DNA of 64,000 bases from a virus. Position numbers and translations under genes: made by a program. The notes beneath the pieces are model-generated. The model was not told the origin of the DNA. It ran no database searches and saw only the letters and a program-made list of their open reading frames with translations. Shown in pieces: positions 55,972-64,000 of this stretch. Location of the stretch: the IMG/VR virus record IMGVR_UViG_3300042924_005659, one strand, 5' to 3'. The stretch's first letter is position 1. Each line of letters opens with the position of its first letter.

Positions 55972-56698
55972 AAAGTTGAAGGTTGCTAGGCGCCGGCCGG
56001 ACGCTTTGCTCAGATAGACCTTCCGCTACCCCACACTATCCCGCAGTGGAGCGTCGATTGTTTCCTATGCAATTGCTCCATGTGCCGGTATCGCTCCGGT
56101 CCGTTATATACATGGACTGCCGCAGGTAGAAGAGAGTCGGTGTTACCCGGCCCCACAGGGGCCCTTCTCCCAATGCCTAGTATACTTGGCATCGGTTTGC
56201 TTGCGACAGCTGCTGTGGTTTAGTGCCAAGATTCCAGATCTGACTTGGCGTTTGTAGAGGTGTACCTTAGATAATAAGGCTCTACACTTTGTTGCGTTTC
56301 AAGGGGGATCAGCCAACCTTTGGTACCGAGGTGCAACTGGCTTCGGCAGACTTGACAGAGTGCGCAATCCGACGGGTTGCGCCAACGTCTACTCAACCAC
56401 ATTAGCCTGTCTTCATGTGGTAGCCTGAGCAAGCTTCAACGGGCCTAAACCCTCCACTGGCTCAAGACGGTTAATTTACGATTCAGGTTCCGTAGTCCTG
56501 AATCCCGGAGATGTGTTCGTCTCCGACCCAGACTCCTATTAACCCGGAAGTCGCGAGTTGCCATTCTCGTATGGCTGCCACTCGAGCGGAGTGACGTGTA
56601 CGGAGGAGCTCAGGTGCACCTAGCCCTCAAGTAATGCTCCTACTGAAGAAGCATAGCTTGAGGGCCAGGCCGTAGTCGTCCTACGGCCTGGTTCCTCT

Positions 56699-57079
56699 TC
56701 AGTTAGCAGAAACTGCAGCGGCAGCGGCATCCAGATCTCGGATGTCTCGCAGCCTAGTTTCCAGCATTTGCAGCGAGTACTGAATGTCTGAGCCTCGCGC
56801 TTCTCGCGCTTCTGGAGTCAGCTCCAGCCATTTCTTGACAGCTTCCTTGGAGCCGAATGCAGACATAGGCAGACAATACTGCACTAGGTCCACAATCTCT
56901 TCAAGGCATTGCCAGTTGTAGCTGTCCAGGCTGCGCTTGGCCTGGAATAGATCCCCTTCTAGTACAGCTCGAATGCCGGATCCGGGGGAAATACCGTTCT
57001 TGACATAACGCATCAGACCCTCAACTATCGCTACTCGCATGCATTTATCTCCTTTCAATGAAGATCGTAGGAGGTCCAA
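56699..57079 (-). CDS. Conserved phage hypothetical protein
   Basis: RYVKNGISPGSGIRAVLEGDLF motif. Confidence 0.6.
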   Translation of the reverse strand: MDLLRSSLKGDKCMRVAIVEGLMRYVKNGISPGSGIRAVLEGDLFQAKRSLDSYNWQCLEEIVDLVQYCLPMSAFGSKEAVKKWLELTPEAREARGSDIQYSLQMLETRLRDIRDLDAAAAAVSAN

Positions 57080-57321
57080 GCGTGTGCCTGGGCCTCGTGG
57101 CGAACCACATCGATGGGTTTCAACCTACGCAGATGCCTAATACCACCTGCAGTAAGCTCCGTTCTCGTAGGAGGCTACTCGGACCGTAGCTGGTCGTATG
57201 CTTCAACACCCACTATCGATTAGATAAAATGGGCTGTAAGCGGCCCTCTGAAAAGCTACTGAAGAGGACTATGTCATGTTACCCCATATATGCTGTATTT
57301 TTAGCGTATAAAATGAGGTAT

Positions 57322-57350
57322 AAAAAAGCCCTTCTTTTGATCGAAGGGCT
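57322..57350 (-). terminator. Rho-independent terminator
   Basis: AGCCCTTC-GATCAAAA-GAAGGGCT followed by TTTTT. Confidence 0.75.
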
Positions 57351-57361
57351 AACTTGCAAGC

Positions 57362-57556
57362 CTAGTCATCGTCAGATTCGTCAAACTCGTCCAGGTCAAG
57401 TTCTACAAATTGCTTAAAGCCGGGCTCTAATGTGCCGTTGGCCTTCAAGTTATTCGAGTATGCGAGTTGGGCTTTGACGTAGTCGTTGTTTTTAACGTAG
57501 GTAGATATGACAATATCTACATACGAAAAGCCAGTTTCTTTTTTTCGACGTCCCAT
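57362..57556 (-). CDS. Hypothetical protein
   Basis: ORF track. Confidence 0.5.
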   Translation of the reverse strand: MGRRKKETGFSYVDIVISTYVKNNDYVKAQLAYSNNLKANGTLEPGFKQFVELDLDEFDESDDD

Positions 57557-57622
57557 TAGGCAATACCTAACTTGAAAGCTCTGATGAACTCTTTATAAAT
57601 CATGTTAACCTGCTTTATTTGT

Positions 57623-58303
57623 TTATTTAGCGCGAGTATTTCCGCCTAAATCCATGGTCTCTATGAACGGATCTCCATCGATGACCACTCCGCAGCTCAC
57701 AATTGGCTTCTTAAGGAACGCCGCACCGTACTGCATGCTCCAGTGGTTGCGATCCACGCCGCATCCAACGTTCATTCCCCATACCTTTGCCGTAGGTCCG
57801 GCCTGGTACCATATGCCGCAGGCGCTATGGTAGTGTCCGATGACCGTATTTTGCATGCGCATCTTGGCTGCATTGAATGCAGGATGCTGACCTCCGCATC
57901 CTTCTCCGTGGTAATAGTACACTCCATCCAACTCTACGTGCTCAACCCACTTCCAGTTGTCGGTGGCGTATAGTTCATTAAATCCCTTCAGATACATCTT
58001 GGGAATACCCATTTTGGCATTTAATCTCAAGACTCGCATGTCGTGATTTCCAACCGTAACCACGGCATCAGGGAATTCTTTGTACAACTTTTGAATCTGA
58101 TTGTATGCCTGAGTGTATTCGTCTCTTGCTCCCGGGCTATCCGGATGCTTGTCGTGAAAGCTGATGCAATGATGATCCACCACGTCTCCTACGTGTATGA
58201 CCTTGTCGGTCTTCCACTTCTTGGCTACGTTCTTCAGGAACTGTATGTAGCCTTTATGCATCGCCGGAGCGTGCGTATCACCGATTACCAGGACTCTGCT
58301 CAT
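57623..58303 (-). CDS. Calcineurin-like metallophosphoesterase
   Basis: GDTH, GDVVD, GNHD, YYHG, GHYH motifs; start re-assigned to MSRVLVIGD. Confidence 0.88.
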   Translation of the reverse strand: MSRVLVIGDTHAPAMHKGYIQFLKNVAKKWKTDKVIHVGDVVDHHCISFHDKHPDSPGARDEYTQAYNQIQKLYKEFPDAVVTVGNHDMRVLRLNAKMGIPKMYLKGFNELYATDNWKWVEHVELDGVYYYHGEGCGGQHPAFNAAKMRMQNTVIGHYHSACGIWYQAGPTAKVWGMNVGCGVDRNHWSMQYGAAFLKKPIVSCGVVIDGDPFIETMDLGGNTRAK

Positions 58304-58429
58304 ATGTTCTCCTGTGGCTGCGGAGTGCAGCGCACGGAGCATAAGCATAGACATCGAGGCTTGTCAACTGTTGATACCTAAAAGAAAGCCAGGGTTTTAC
58401 CCCTGACTCTCTTAGGCACCGCCAACGGG

Positions 58430-58750
58430 TCAGTAGTTCCTGTACCCGTTGCCAGAACGTGCCGCCGTCAGTGCGCTCTGTCGCCGCTCCATTTCTTGGC
58501 GCTTGCGGACGATCTCCGCAACCATAGCCTGGAGCACCGTCTCGGTCTTCTTCAGCTCAGCGATCTGGGCCGCCAAGTGAAGTTCCTCCGAGATCATCGT
58601 GTTCTGGTACTGCGTAGCACCCGTGAGGGTGGCCAAGGCACCAGCGATGACGGACGCAGCTTCCGGCTGCACGATAACGATGTTGTTGTCAGACATGACA
58701 ACTCCTTTCTGCCACTGAGTGGCAAAGCCAGCCAGGATGCAATTAAGCAA
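58430..58750 (-). CDS. Hypothetical coiled-coil protein
   Basis: ORF track; likely start MSDNNIV. Confidence 0.5.
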   Translation of the reverse strand: MLNCILAGFATQWQKGVVMSDNNIVIVQPEAASVIAGALATLTGATQYQNTMISEELHLAAQIAELKKTETVLQAMVAEIVRKRQEMERRQSALTAARSGNGYRNY

Positions 58751-58824
58751 GCCTGGCAGCGAGATCTTTAAGTCTCAAAAGGAAAAACGTCTTGAGCAGT
58801 TTTAGGACCTGCTCAGGTCCAGGT

Positions 58825-59244
58825 TCACGGTCTTTTGCTGAGCTCCCAGTCCAGCCGTACGTCCGGCTGCATCGGCTCCCAGCGTTTCGCCATTCGCAGC
58901 ATGGCCTCGTCGGGAACGCCGTGAATGTTCCCGAAGCTGTTCTCGCATGCGAGAATAAATACGCTATAGCCGAACTCCAGGGCGAGCTCCTGGTACGGCC
59001 GGAGTTCCCAGGCCTGGGTAAATGTATTGCTCACCCCGACCTTCTCTAGGCCAAACTCCAAGTCCTTTCGGACTTGGTCGAGGCACCACGCATGTGCCTC
59101 CTTGAGCTTGGAGGGATCGAACCTATAGACCCCTCCCTCCATAAAGTATTGGTCCGCTTCATGGAAGTCATGCCCGCACAAACTGCGGGCAAGGGTGCTC
59201 TTGCCAGATCCGGGCAACCCTCGGATGATGTACAGTGTTTTCAT
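58825..59244 (-). CDS. P-loop nucleotide/polynucleotide kinase-like protein (AAA_33 type)
   Basis: IIRGLPGSGKST Walker A; VSNTF..WE; NIHGVP. Confidence 0.85.
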   Translation of the reverse strand: MKTLYIIRGLPGSGKSTLARSLCGHDFHEADQYFMEGGVYRFDPSKLKEAHAWCLDQVRKDLEFGLEKVGVSNTFTQAWELRPYQELALEFGYSVFILACENSFGNIHGVPDEAMLRMAKRWEPMQPDVRLDWELSKRP

Positions 59245-59307
59245 GCGCCTCCTAAAAAAAAGAGCAGTTTTAGGACTTGCTCAGGTCCCCGGGAACCCCG
59301 GCTCGTA

Positions 59308-59970
59308 TTACGACTTCCACCACCACTTGACAGTGGTCCAGAACCCTGGGTTCTCCAGGGCCTCGACCGCCTGCTCATCCTTCAGTCGTTCCTGCTGGAT
59401 GGTTTCAAGAACCACCTCGTTCCGAGGAGCCTGCTTCAGCAGCTGGCTGTACTCGGGGATGTGCAGGGCGTCCTGGTCAAGGACCTGCTTCGTGTGTGCT
59501 TCCTGGAGGCGTTCCACCACAGCCACCTTCACGGCAGCGACAGCGGGGTCTTCGGCCTCAGCCTTGGTCATGGCCTTGGCATAGGTGGCGCCGAAGCCGG
59601 AAGGACGCTCCACCTCGTTTCCGGCGTACACCGGAACGAGATCTGAGAATTCCTGTCCAGCCTTTTGGACGTAGGAGCGAGTATCGGGCTGGGCCACGAC
59701 AGCCTGAGGCTGCTGTTGAATCAGCATGGCCTTCACCTCTTCAAACTTCGAGATGAGCGTTGCGGTAGCCATCTTCTGGCTGAGGCTGTCAGCCTCAGCG
59801 AGAGTCTTCTTGGCCTCTGCGATGTCCTTGTTGAGCTTTTCGACCAGCTCAGACTGAATCTGCTGTTCGGACTTCTGCTCAACCTGAGTTGCCGAGCAAC
59901 TCTTGGTGAGGCCGAAGGTGCAGATGACAAGGGCGAGACCGACGACAACGATGTTCTTGATGTTACGCAT
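59308..59970 (-). CDS. Membrane-anchored/secreted hypothetical protein
   Basis: Start MRNIKNIVVVGLALVIC after GAGGAAACAA RBS; basic/Trp C-terminus. Confidence 0.6.
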   Translation of the reverse strand: MRNIKNIVVVGLALVICTFGLTKSCSATQVEQKSEQQIQSELVEKLNKDIAEAKKTLAEADSLSQKMATATLISKFEEVKAMLIQQQPQAVVAQPDTRSYVQKAGQEFSDLVPVYAGNEVERPSGFGATYAKAMTKAEAEDPAVAAVKVAVVERLQEAHTKQVLDQDALHIPEYSQLLKQAPRNEVVLETIQQERLKDEQAVEALENPGFWTTVKWWWKS

Positions 59971-60093
59971 TTGTTTCCTCTTTCGTGGATCTATATTGTT
60001 AAGGTGGTCCAGCGACATTGCTGGAATACCTATAGATCCTCTATATATGTATACCGCAATAGAGGCCTATTTTTAGGCATATCTTCTATAGCT

Positions 60094-60127
60094 AAAGAAA
60101 ACCCCTGCCGCCATACGACGGCAGGGG
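60094..60127 (-). terminator. Rho-independent terminator
   Basis: CCCCTGCCG-TCGTATGG-CGGCAGGGG followed by TTTTCTTT. Confidence 0.75.
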
Positions 60128-60176
60128 GCCCTGGCACCCGGGCAGGGGTAACGCCTACCGGGTACCCGGTGAGGAA

Positions 60177-60668
60177 TTACTTCTTGCCTGCCTTTCGAGC
60201 AGGCTCTCCGGCGAGAACAGCGTCTCGCTCGTCCGCTGTCGCAACTTCGACACTGACATTCCCCTCGGTAATAACGTAGGGCTTCTGTGCCGGATCGGGC
60301 GTACGAACGTTGTCCTCCGCCTTGGTCTTCGCCTTGGTCTCCGCCTTGGTCTCCGCCTTGGCGATGTGTCCACGCTGGACGCCAGCGATCAGGCCGATCG
60401 CCACGAGGGCGCTAACGCCTGCCCCCAGAATGAACAGCACCTGGCTGTAGCTGATGCTATTCGCCTGCGCAGCATTGGCCTGCTGCGTCGCATGCGCAGC
60501 AGACTCGTCCAGGGCCCAGGAGATCGGATTCCACCACGTTTCGCCGGTCTCCGCAATCGCAGCAACCGGGGCCGGAGTGCCGATGACGAACTGGCCGACG
60601 AGGGCCAGGCCGACGATCAGCATGAAAGGGACGACCACGTACATACCGACGTTCTTCAAAAGGTTCAT
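60177..60668 (-). CDS. Membrane protein with two hydrophobic helices
   Basis: ORF track; GAGGAAACAA RBS. Confidence 0.6.
   Translation of the reverse strand: MNLLKNVGMYVVVPFMLIVGLALVGQFVIGTPAPVAAIAETGETWWNPISWALDESAAHATQQANAAQANSISYSQVLFILGAGVSALVAIGLIAGVQRGHIAKAETKAETKAKTKAEDNVRTPDPAQKPYVITEGNVSVEVATADERDAVLAGEPARKAGKK
60316..60363. repeat. 12-bp in-frame tandem repeat (about 4 copies)
   Basis: tccgccttggtc units encoding KAETKAETKAKTKAE. Confidence 0.8.
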
Positions 60669-60860
60669 TTGTTTCCTCTTTCAGGGGTCTATATTGTTAC
60701 GGCATTCCAACAACATAGTTGGAATACCTATAAACCCTCTATTTATATATACCCCAAAACAGGCCTACCTTTAGCCCTATAAGGCCAATTGCAGCCTGCA
60801 AGTATATATAACGCAAAAAAGGGGTATTTTTAGGCCCTATTTAGGGGATCTTTATTAGCT

Positions 60861-60896
60861 AAAAAAAGATTGGTTGTGTATAACCAATCTTCTTTT
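60861..60896. terminator. Bidirectional terminator-like hairpin
   Basis: A-tract, AAGATTGGTT-GTGTAT-AACCAATCTT, T-rich tail. Confidence 0.65.
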
Positions 60897-61132
60897 GGCT
60901 GTTTGCGGGTAGCCACCCTTACCCATTTCGGGATACCTGCCACGGGGTACCGTTCCCGTACCGGTGGGATTCCGGTGTTCCTTCAAAATTTTTGTCACCT
61001 ACCCCATAGGCAGATCTAGGGTAGTAGGAAAGGGCCCAACGCATCAACAGGATGCATTTACCTTTCTGGGCTTGTTGAAGACCTACAAGGCCTCTAAGTA
61101 TATATACCTCAAAACAGGCCTATTTTTAGCCC

Positions 61133-61528
61133 TTAAACCCACTCTTTTAGGTACCTATCCGCAGGCTCCTCCAATAGGACCCATCCAGTCATGGGAACCT
61201 TTATGGACATGCCTTTAGGAGTAATTAACTGGCCTCTACTTAACCTCCATCCTCCAGGAATGCATGCATTTATGGCTATTGTCGTAGTGATAGTATTCCA
61301 GCCTGCATAGTTTATACGGAACTCCTGCTCTCCGTTCGGTTTACTTATTCTTGACACTATGTGGTTATCATGCAGCATCGCAGTAATAATTGTATTTCCT
61401 GTAGTGGAGTCGGTATATACTTGTACTCCTCGATTATCTTTCTTTGAGCGATACTCGTCTCCGTTTATGAAGTGAGAACGAAGCTTTCGATTCCTGCAGT
61501 TCATGTTTATGTCCTCGTCTATTGACAA
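61133..61528 (-). CDS. Conserved phage hypothetical protein
   Basis: LHDNHI...INYAGWNTITT motif. Confidence 0.55.
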   Translation of the reverse strand: MSIDEDINMNCRNRKLRSHFINGDEYRSKKDNRGVQVYTDSTTGNTIITAMLHDNHIVSRISKPNGEQEFRINYAGWNTITTTIAINACIPGGWRLSRGQLITPKGMSIKVPMTGWVLLEEPADRYLKEWV

Positions 61529-61573
61529 ACAACCCGGATTGCTCCGGGTTGAAGGTTCTTTTGATTGTATTGG

Positions 61574-63436
61574 TTATTGCGGAGGAGGCGCTGGCTGCCG
61601 CAACTGATCTTTGCCTTGGTTCTCGGCTTGCTGAGTGATCTGATCCAGCATGCTCTTGACCACGGCATGCATATTGGGATCCTGACCCTTGATCTGATCC
61701 AGGATCTGCCTGCGTTGCGGAGAACCCAAGGGGGCAGTTGCCATGATCTCATTGACTCTGGCCTGAGCATCGGCAAAGAAGCTGTCCAGATCTTTGCTTG
61801 GACCTGCTGCCATGGGGCCGGCAACTCCATTGATTGGCATTGGCGGAGCTCCGGGAGCACCTCCAAGGCTTGGACCTCCAGGTATGGCCCCTGCTCCCAT
61901 AGGAGCACCGGGACCTGCGATCATTGCACCTGGAGGAGCCGACATAATCTGCTCGTTCTCCTCCGCCTTGCGCATCTTGTCCATGTACTCCTTCTCGGAG
62001 CGCATCTTGAATTCCTGCTCGGACTGGCGCTTCTTGAAGGTATCCTTCCAGTCGAGACCAAAGAGCGTAAGTACATCCTGCTCTGCGGCCACACCCTGCA
62101 TCATCATCTGCAACATGAGCATACGGCGCTCGATGTCGTCCGCATGGGTAGGTCTGGTGAGAGCTACTTCGCACGGAATCCAGTTGAGGATAGCGCTGAT
62201 GCGATCTACCAGCCACGTAAGCGTAGTCTGTAGCCCGTGCAGGAAGTGAGTTTCTCCTGCTTCGAATAGTCTTGCAGCAAACGGAGCAGCCTGAGCACTT
62301 AGAGTCTTTCTATACAGCTCGACCGGCACTCCTAGCCCGTTGAGGAAGTCGGCCTGGGCTTGTTCCAGCAGCTCTGGAACTACAAATGCCTTGCCCTCTC
62401 CTCCCAGCAGCTGATAGTTGACCGGGAGCGGCATCCACTGCCAGCCAGTTGGATCTTTTCTGGCTCGTTCTACTGAACGCATTACCTGTTGGCCGAAGCT
62501 TCCTATGTTGACGGACTTCATGAAGTCCCCGCCAACACCTACGGAAGCAGGCGTAACCATTCTAATTGGAAGCATGTGATCCAATGCGATGCTTTCGTTG
62601 TTTCTCTTCAGGATCTGCGCAAGATAGGCATCACGGAATCCTGCGATGACAGGAGGCAGCCCCCAATTGCCCATCTTGATGTCGCTGAGATTGCCCAACG
62701 AGAAGTGGTGCACCATGTTATCGCTGAATTGAAACAACGTTCCTGAACGCACAGATTGCACTAGGCCCCAAGGTACGCTCTCCAGGTACTTCTTGTTTCC
62801 TGCCTGTATCTGCTGTACGTCTTGCGGAGGCACTTCGTAGAAATAGTCTGGCTTTCCGCCGTACTGGTGAGCTACAATGCGCATCTGCTTGATTGGCCAG
62901 CGCTTGATGTAGATCTCGTTCTCCTGTAGCGTAGGCCGATCGTCCGGATTCATGCAGCTGCTGTTCTTGCCGCAGCTTGGGCACTGGAAATTAAACCCGT
63001 GGTTGATGGTAAACTTGTAATCCAGGGTTTGAATCGGTCTGCTGGCACCGCAACTATTGCAAGTAAGGAATCTCTTGAAAGGCGCCAGGACGGATACGCA
63101 GCTGTTTCCGTAGACCTTTACGTCTCGGCCTATCATGAACAGCAACGTCTTCAAGTCCAGTTTTTCAACTAAAAACTTCTTGTACTGATTGGCCTTTTCC
63201 TCGTCATCCGAAACAATGTTTATGTCCGTGCCTGTGAAGTAGCTGACCACATACTCTACAGCTTGCGCAAAAGTACGGTTGCTGTAGTACATGGTTTCCG
63301 CAATCTCAAATGCCTCGTTTAGATTGGTAGGCAGGTGCAGAGATGCGTAGTCCAAAAACGGGCTAGGAGCATGCTCGGCATGCGCTAGCTGCCTTCTTCC
63401 AGACATTTGAACGGACGACGACGAAAAATCAGGCAT
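61574..63436 (-). CDS. Probable portal protein with Zn-ribbon insertion
   Basis: 620 aa; portal-like progression (YYSNRTFAQAVEYVVSYF...IGRDVKVYGN...MVHHF...WGLPPVI...ESIALDHMLPIR); CNSC/CPSC; Gln/Pro/Gly-rich tail. Confidence 0.65.
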   Translation of the reverse strand: MPDFSSSSVQMSGRRQLAHAEHAPSPFLDYASLHLPTNLNEAFEIAETMYYSNRTFAQAVEYVVSYFTGTDINIVSDDEEKANQYKKFLVEKLDLKTLLFMIGRDVKVYGNSCVSVLAPFKRFLTCNSCGASRPIQTLDYKFTINHGFNFQCPSCGKNSSCMNPDDRPTLQENEIYIKRWPIKQMRIVAHQYGGKPDYFYEVPPQDVQQIQAGNKKYLESVPWGLVQSVRSGTLFQFSDNMVHHFSLGNLSDIKMGNWGLPPVIAGFRDAYLAQILKRNNESIALDHMLPIRMVTPASVGVGGDFMKSVNIGSFGQQVMRSVERARKDPTGWQWMPLPVNYQLLGGEGKAFVVPELLEQAQADFLNGLGVPVELYRKTLSAQAAPFAARLFEAGETHFLHGLQTTLTWLVDRISAILNWIPCEVALTRPTHADDIERRMLMLQMMMQGVAAEQDVLTLFGLDWKDTFKKRQSEQEFKMRSEKEYMDKMRKAEENEQIMSAPPGAMIAGPGAPMGAGAIPGGPSLGGAPGAPPMPINGVAGPMAAGPSKDLDSFFADAQARVNEIMATAPLGSPQRRQILDQIKGQDPNMHAVVKSMLDQITQQAENQGKDQLRQPAPPPQ

Positions 63437-63774
63437 TACTGTTCATCCTCTGAGTCCATGACCTTCATCAATAGACTGCGGCCGAATTCATTGCCACCCA
63501 GTACCGCCCAGTCATGGGCATTTAGCCCGTCTTCATCCTCTACGTTAGGATCTAGTTTGGGGTTGGCGATGATGAAGAAGGATACCAGGTAGTTAATGAT
63601 GCTGGGGTCGCCAAGGTACGCAGCCATCATAAGAAGAGTGCGACCCCTCTTATCCCGCAACTCAATTAGCTTTGGAAACTTATCCAACAAGGCATTGACC
63701 ATCGGTAGATCGCTGTTCATCACAGATACTACCAATACCGGAATTGCCTCTTGAATGTTATTTACTATCTTCAT
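63436..63774 (-). CDS. Ankyrin-repeat protein
   Basis: DKRGRTLLMMAAYLG and DEDGLNAHDWAVLGG ankyrin repeats; start re-assigned to MKIVNN. Confidence 0.75.
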   Translation of the reverse strand: MKIVNNIQEAIPVLVVSVMNSDLPMVNALLDKFPKLIELRDKRGRTLLMMAAYLGDPSIINYLVSFFIIANPKLDPNVEDEDGLNAHDWAVLGGNEFGRSLLMKVMDSEDEQ

Positions 63775-63928
63775 TAGCAGCTCCTTTTTGCTTTGCCTTA
63801 CAATTACAGCGACAAGTGGGAGTACATGCTCTGACTTTTTCAAAAACTTCGTCAGAGGCAGTTTTCACTGGTTGCGCTTCGGTCTCGCGCTCCACAACGC
63901 CTTTTTTGATGAATTCGGATTCTGACAT
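63758..63928 (-). CDS. Small hypothetical protein (56 aa), below ORF-track cutoff
   Basis: Manual translation MSESEFIKKGVVERETEAQPVKTASDEVFEKVRACTPTCRCNCKAKQKGAANEDSK*. Confidence 0.45.
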   Translation of the reverse strand: MSESEFIKKGVVERETEAQPVKTASDEVFEKVRACTPTCRCNCKAKQKGAANEDSK

Positions 63929-64000
63929 AGTATTTAAAGAAAGTTATTTGAGATTTTAAACAAACGATTTAATTTATGCGGTAGATTTTTTAGCGTCTAA

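Noticed and set aside
56433-56698. Group I/II intron, RNase P RNA or hammerhead ribozyme
   Set aside because: Diagnostic motifs (group II domain V, RNase P GAGGAAAGUCC, hammerhead CUGAUGA/GAAA core) were not found by eye
59665-62249. Long + strand ORFs (59665-60279, 61565-62233, 61794-62249)
   Set aside because: Antisense to well-supported - strand genes in GC-rich sequence; 59665-60279 also crosses terminator/promoter elements

Overview
This window is part of a large tailed dsDNA (jumbo-type) bacteriophage genome in the standard genetic code. Nearly all genes are on the - strand; one + strand island spans about 49.3-53.6 kb. Dockerin/cohesin-like modules, short RCC1 repeats, a CsrA-like protein and an excisionase-type HTH suggest a Planctomycetota (Phycisphaerae-like) host, which is inference. 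Layout: (i) 1-19 kb, two giant RCC1-repeat proteins, including a >3665-aa ORF (10995 to beyond the left edge) that is absent from the supplied ORF track, plus small membrane/structural genes; (ii) 19-35 kb, many small genes (deaminase, HTH, sigma-like factor, pyrimidine-dimer glycosylase, CsrA-like, glycosyltransferase-like, stand-alone 3'-5' exonuclease) mixed with a tmRNA, six canonical tRNAs and several non-canonical tRNA-like RNAs; (iii) 35-50 kb, glycine-zipper and Ala/Gly-rich proteins carrying recurrent K-x-A motifs, surrounding a 1640-aa RNA polymerase that fuses the whole beta subunit to the catalytic N-terminal half of beta-prime and contains a degenerate 2H-like insertion; (iv) 50-53.6 kb, a dockerin-tagged trypsin-like protease, a holin-like protein, a secreted double-cohesin protein and a thermonuclease; (v) 54-64 kb, a lysozyme-like enzyme, tRNA(CAT), hairpin-rich non-coding blocks, duplicated structured leaders, a metallophosphoesterase, a P-loop kinase, the probable portal and an ankyrin protein. 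All family assignments come from motif recognition by eye; no database search or folding computation was run.
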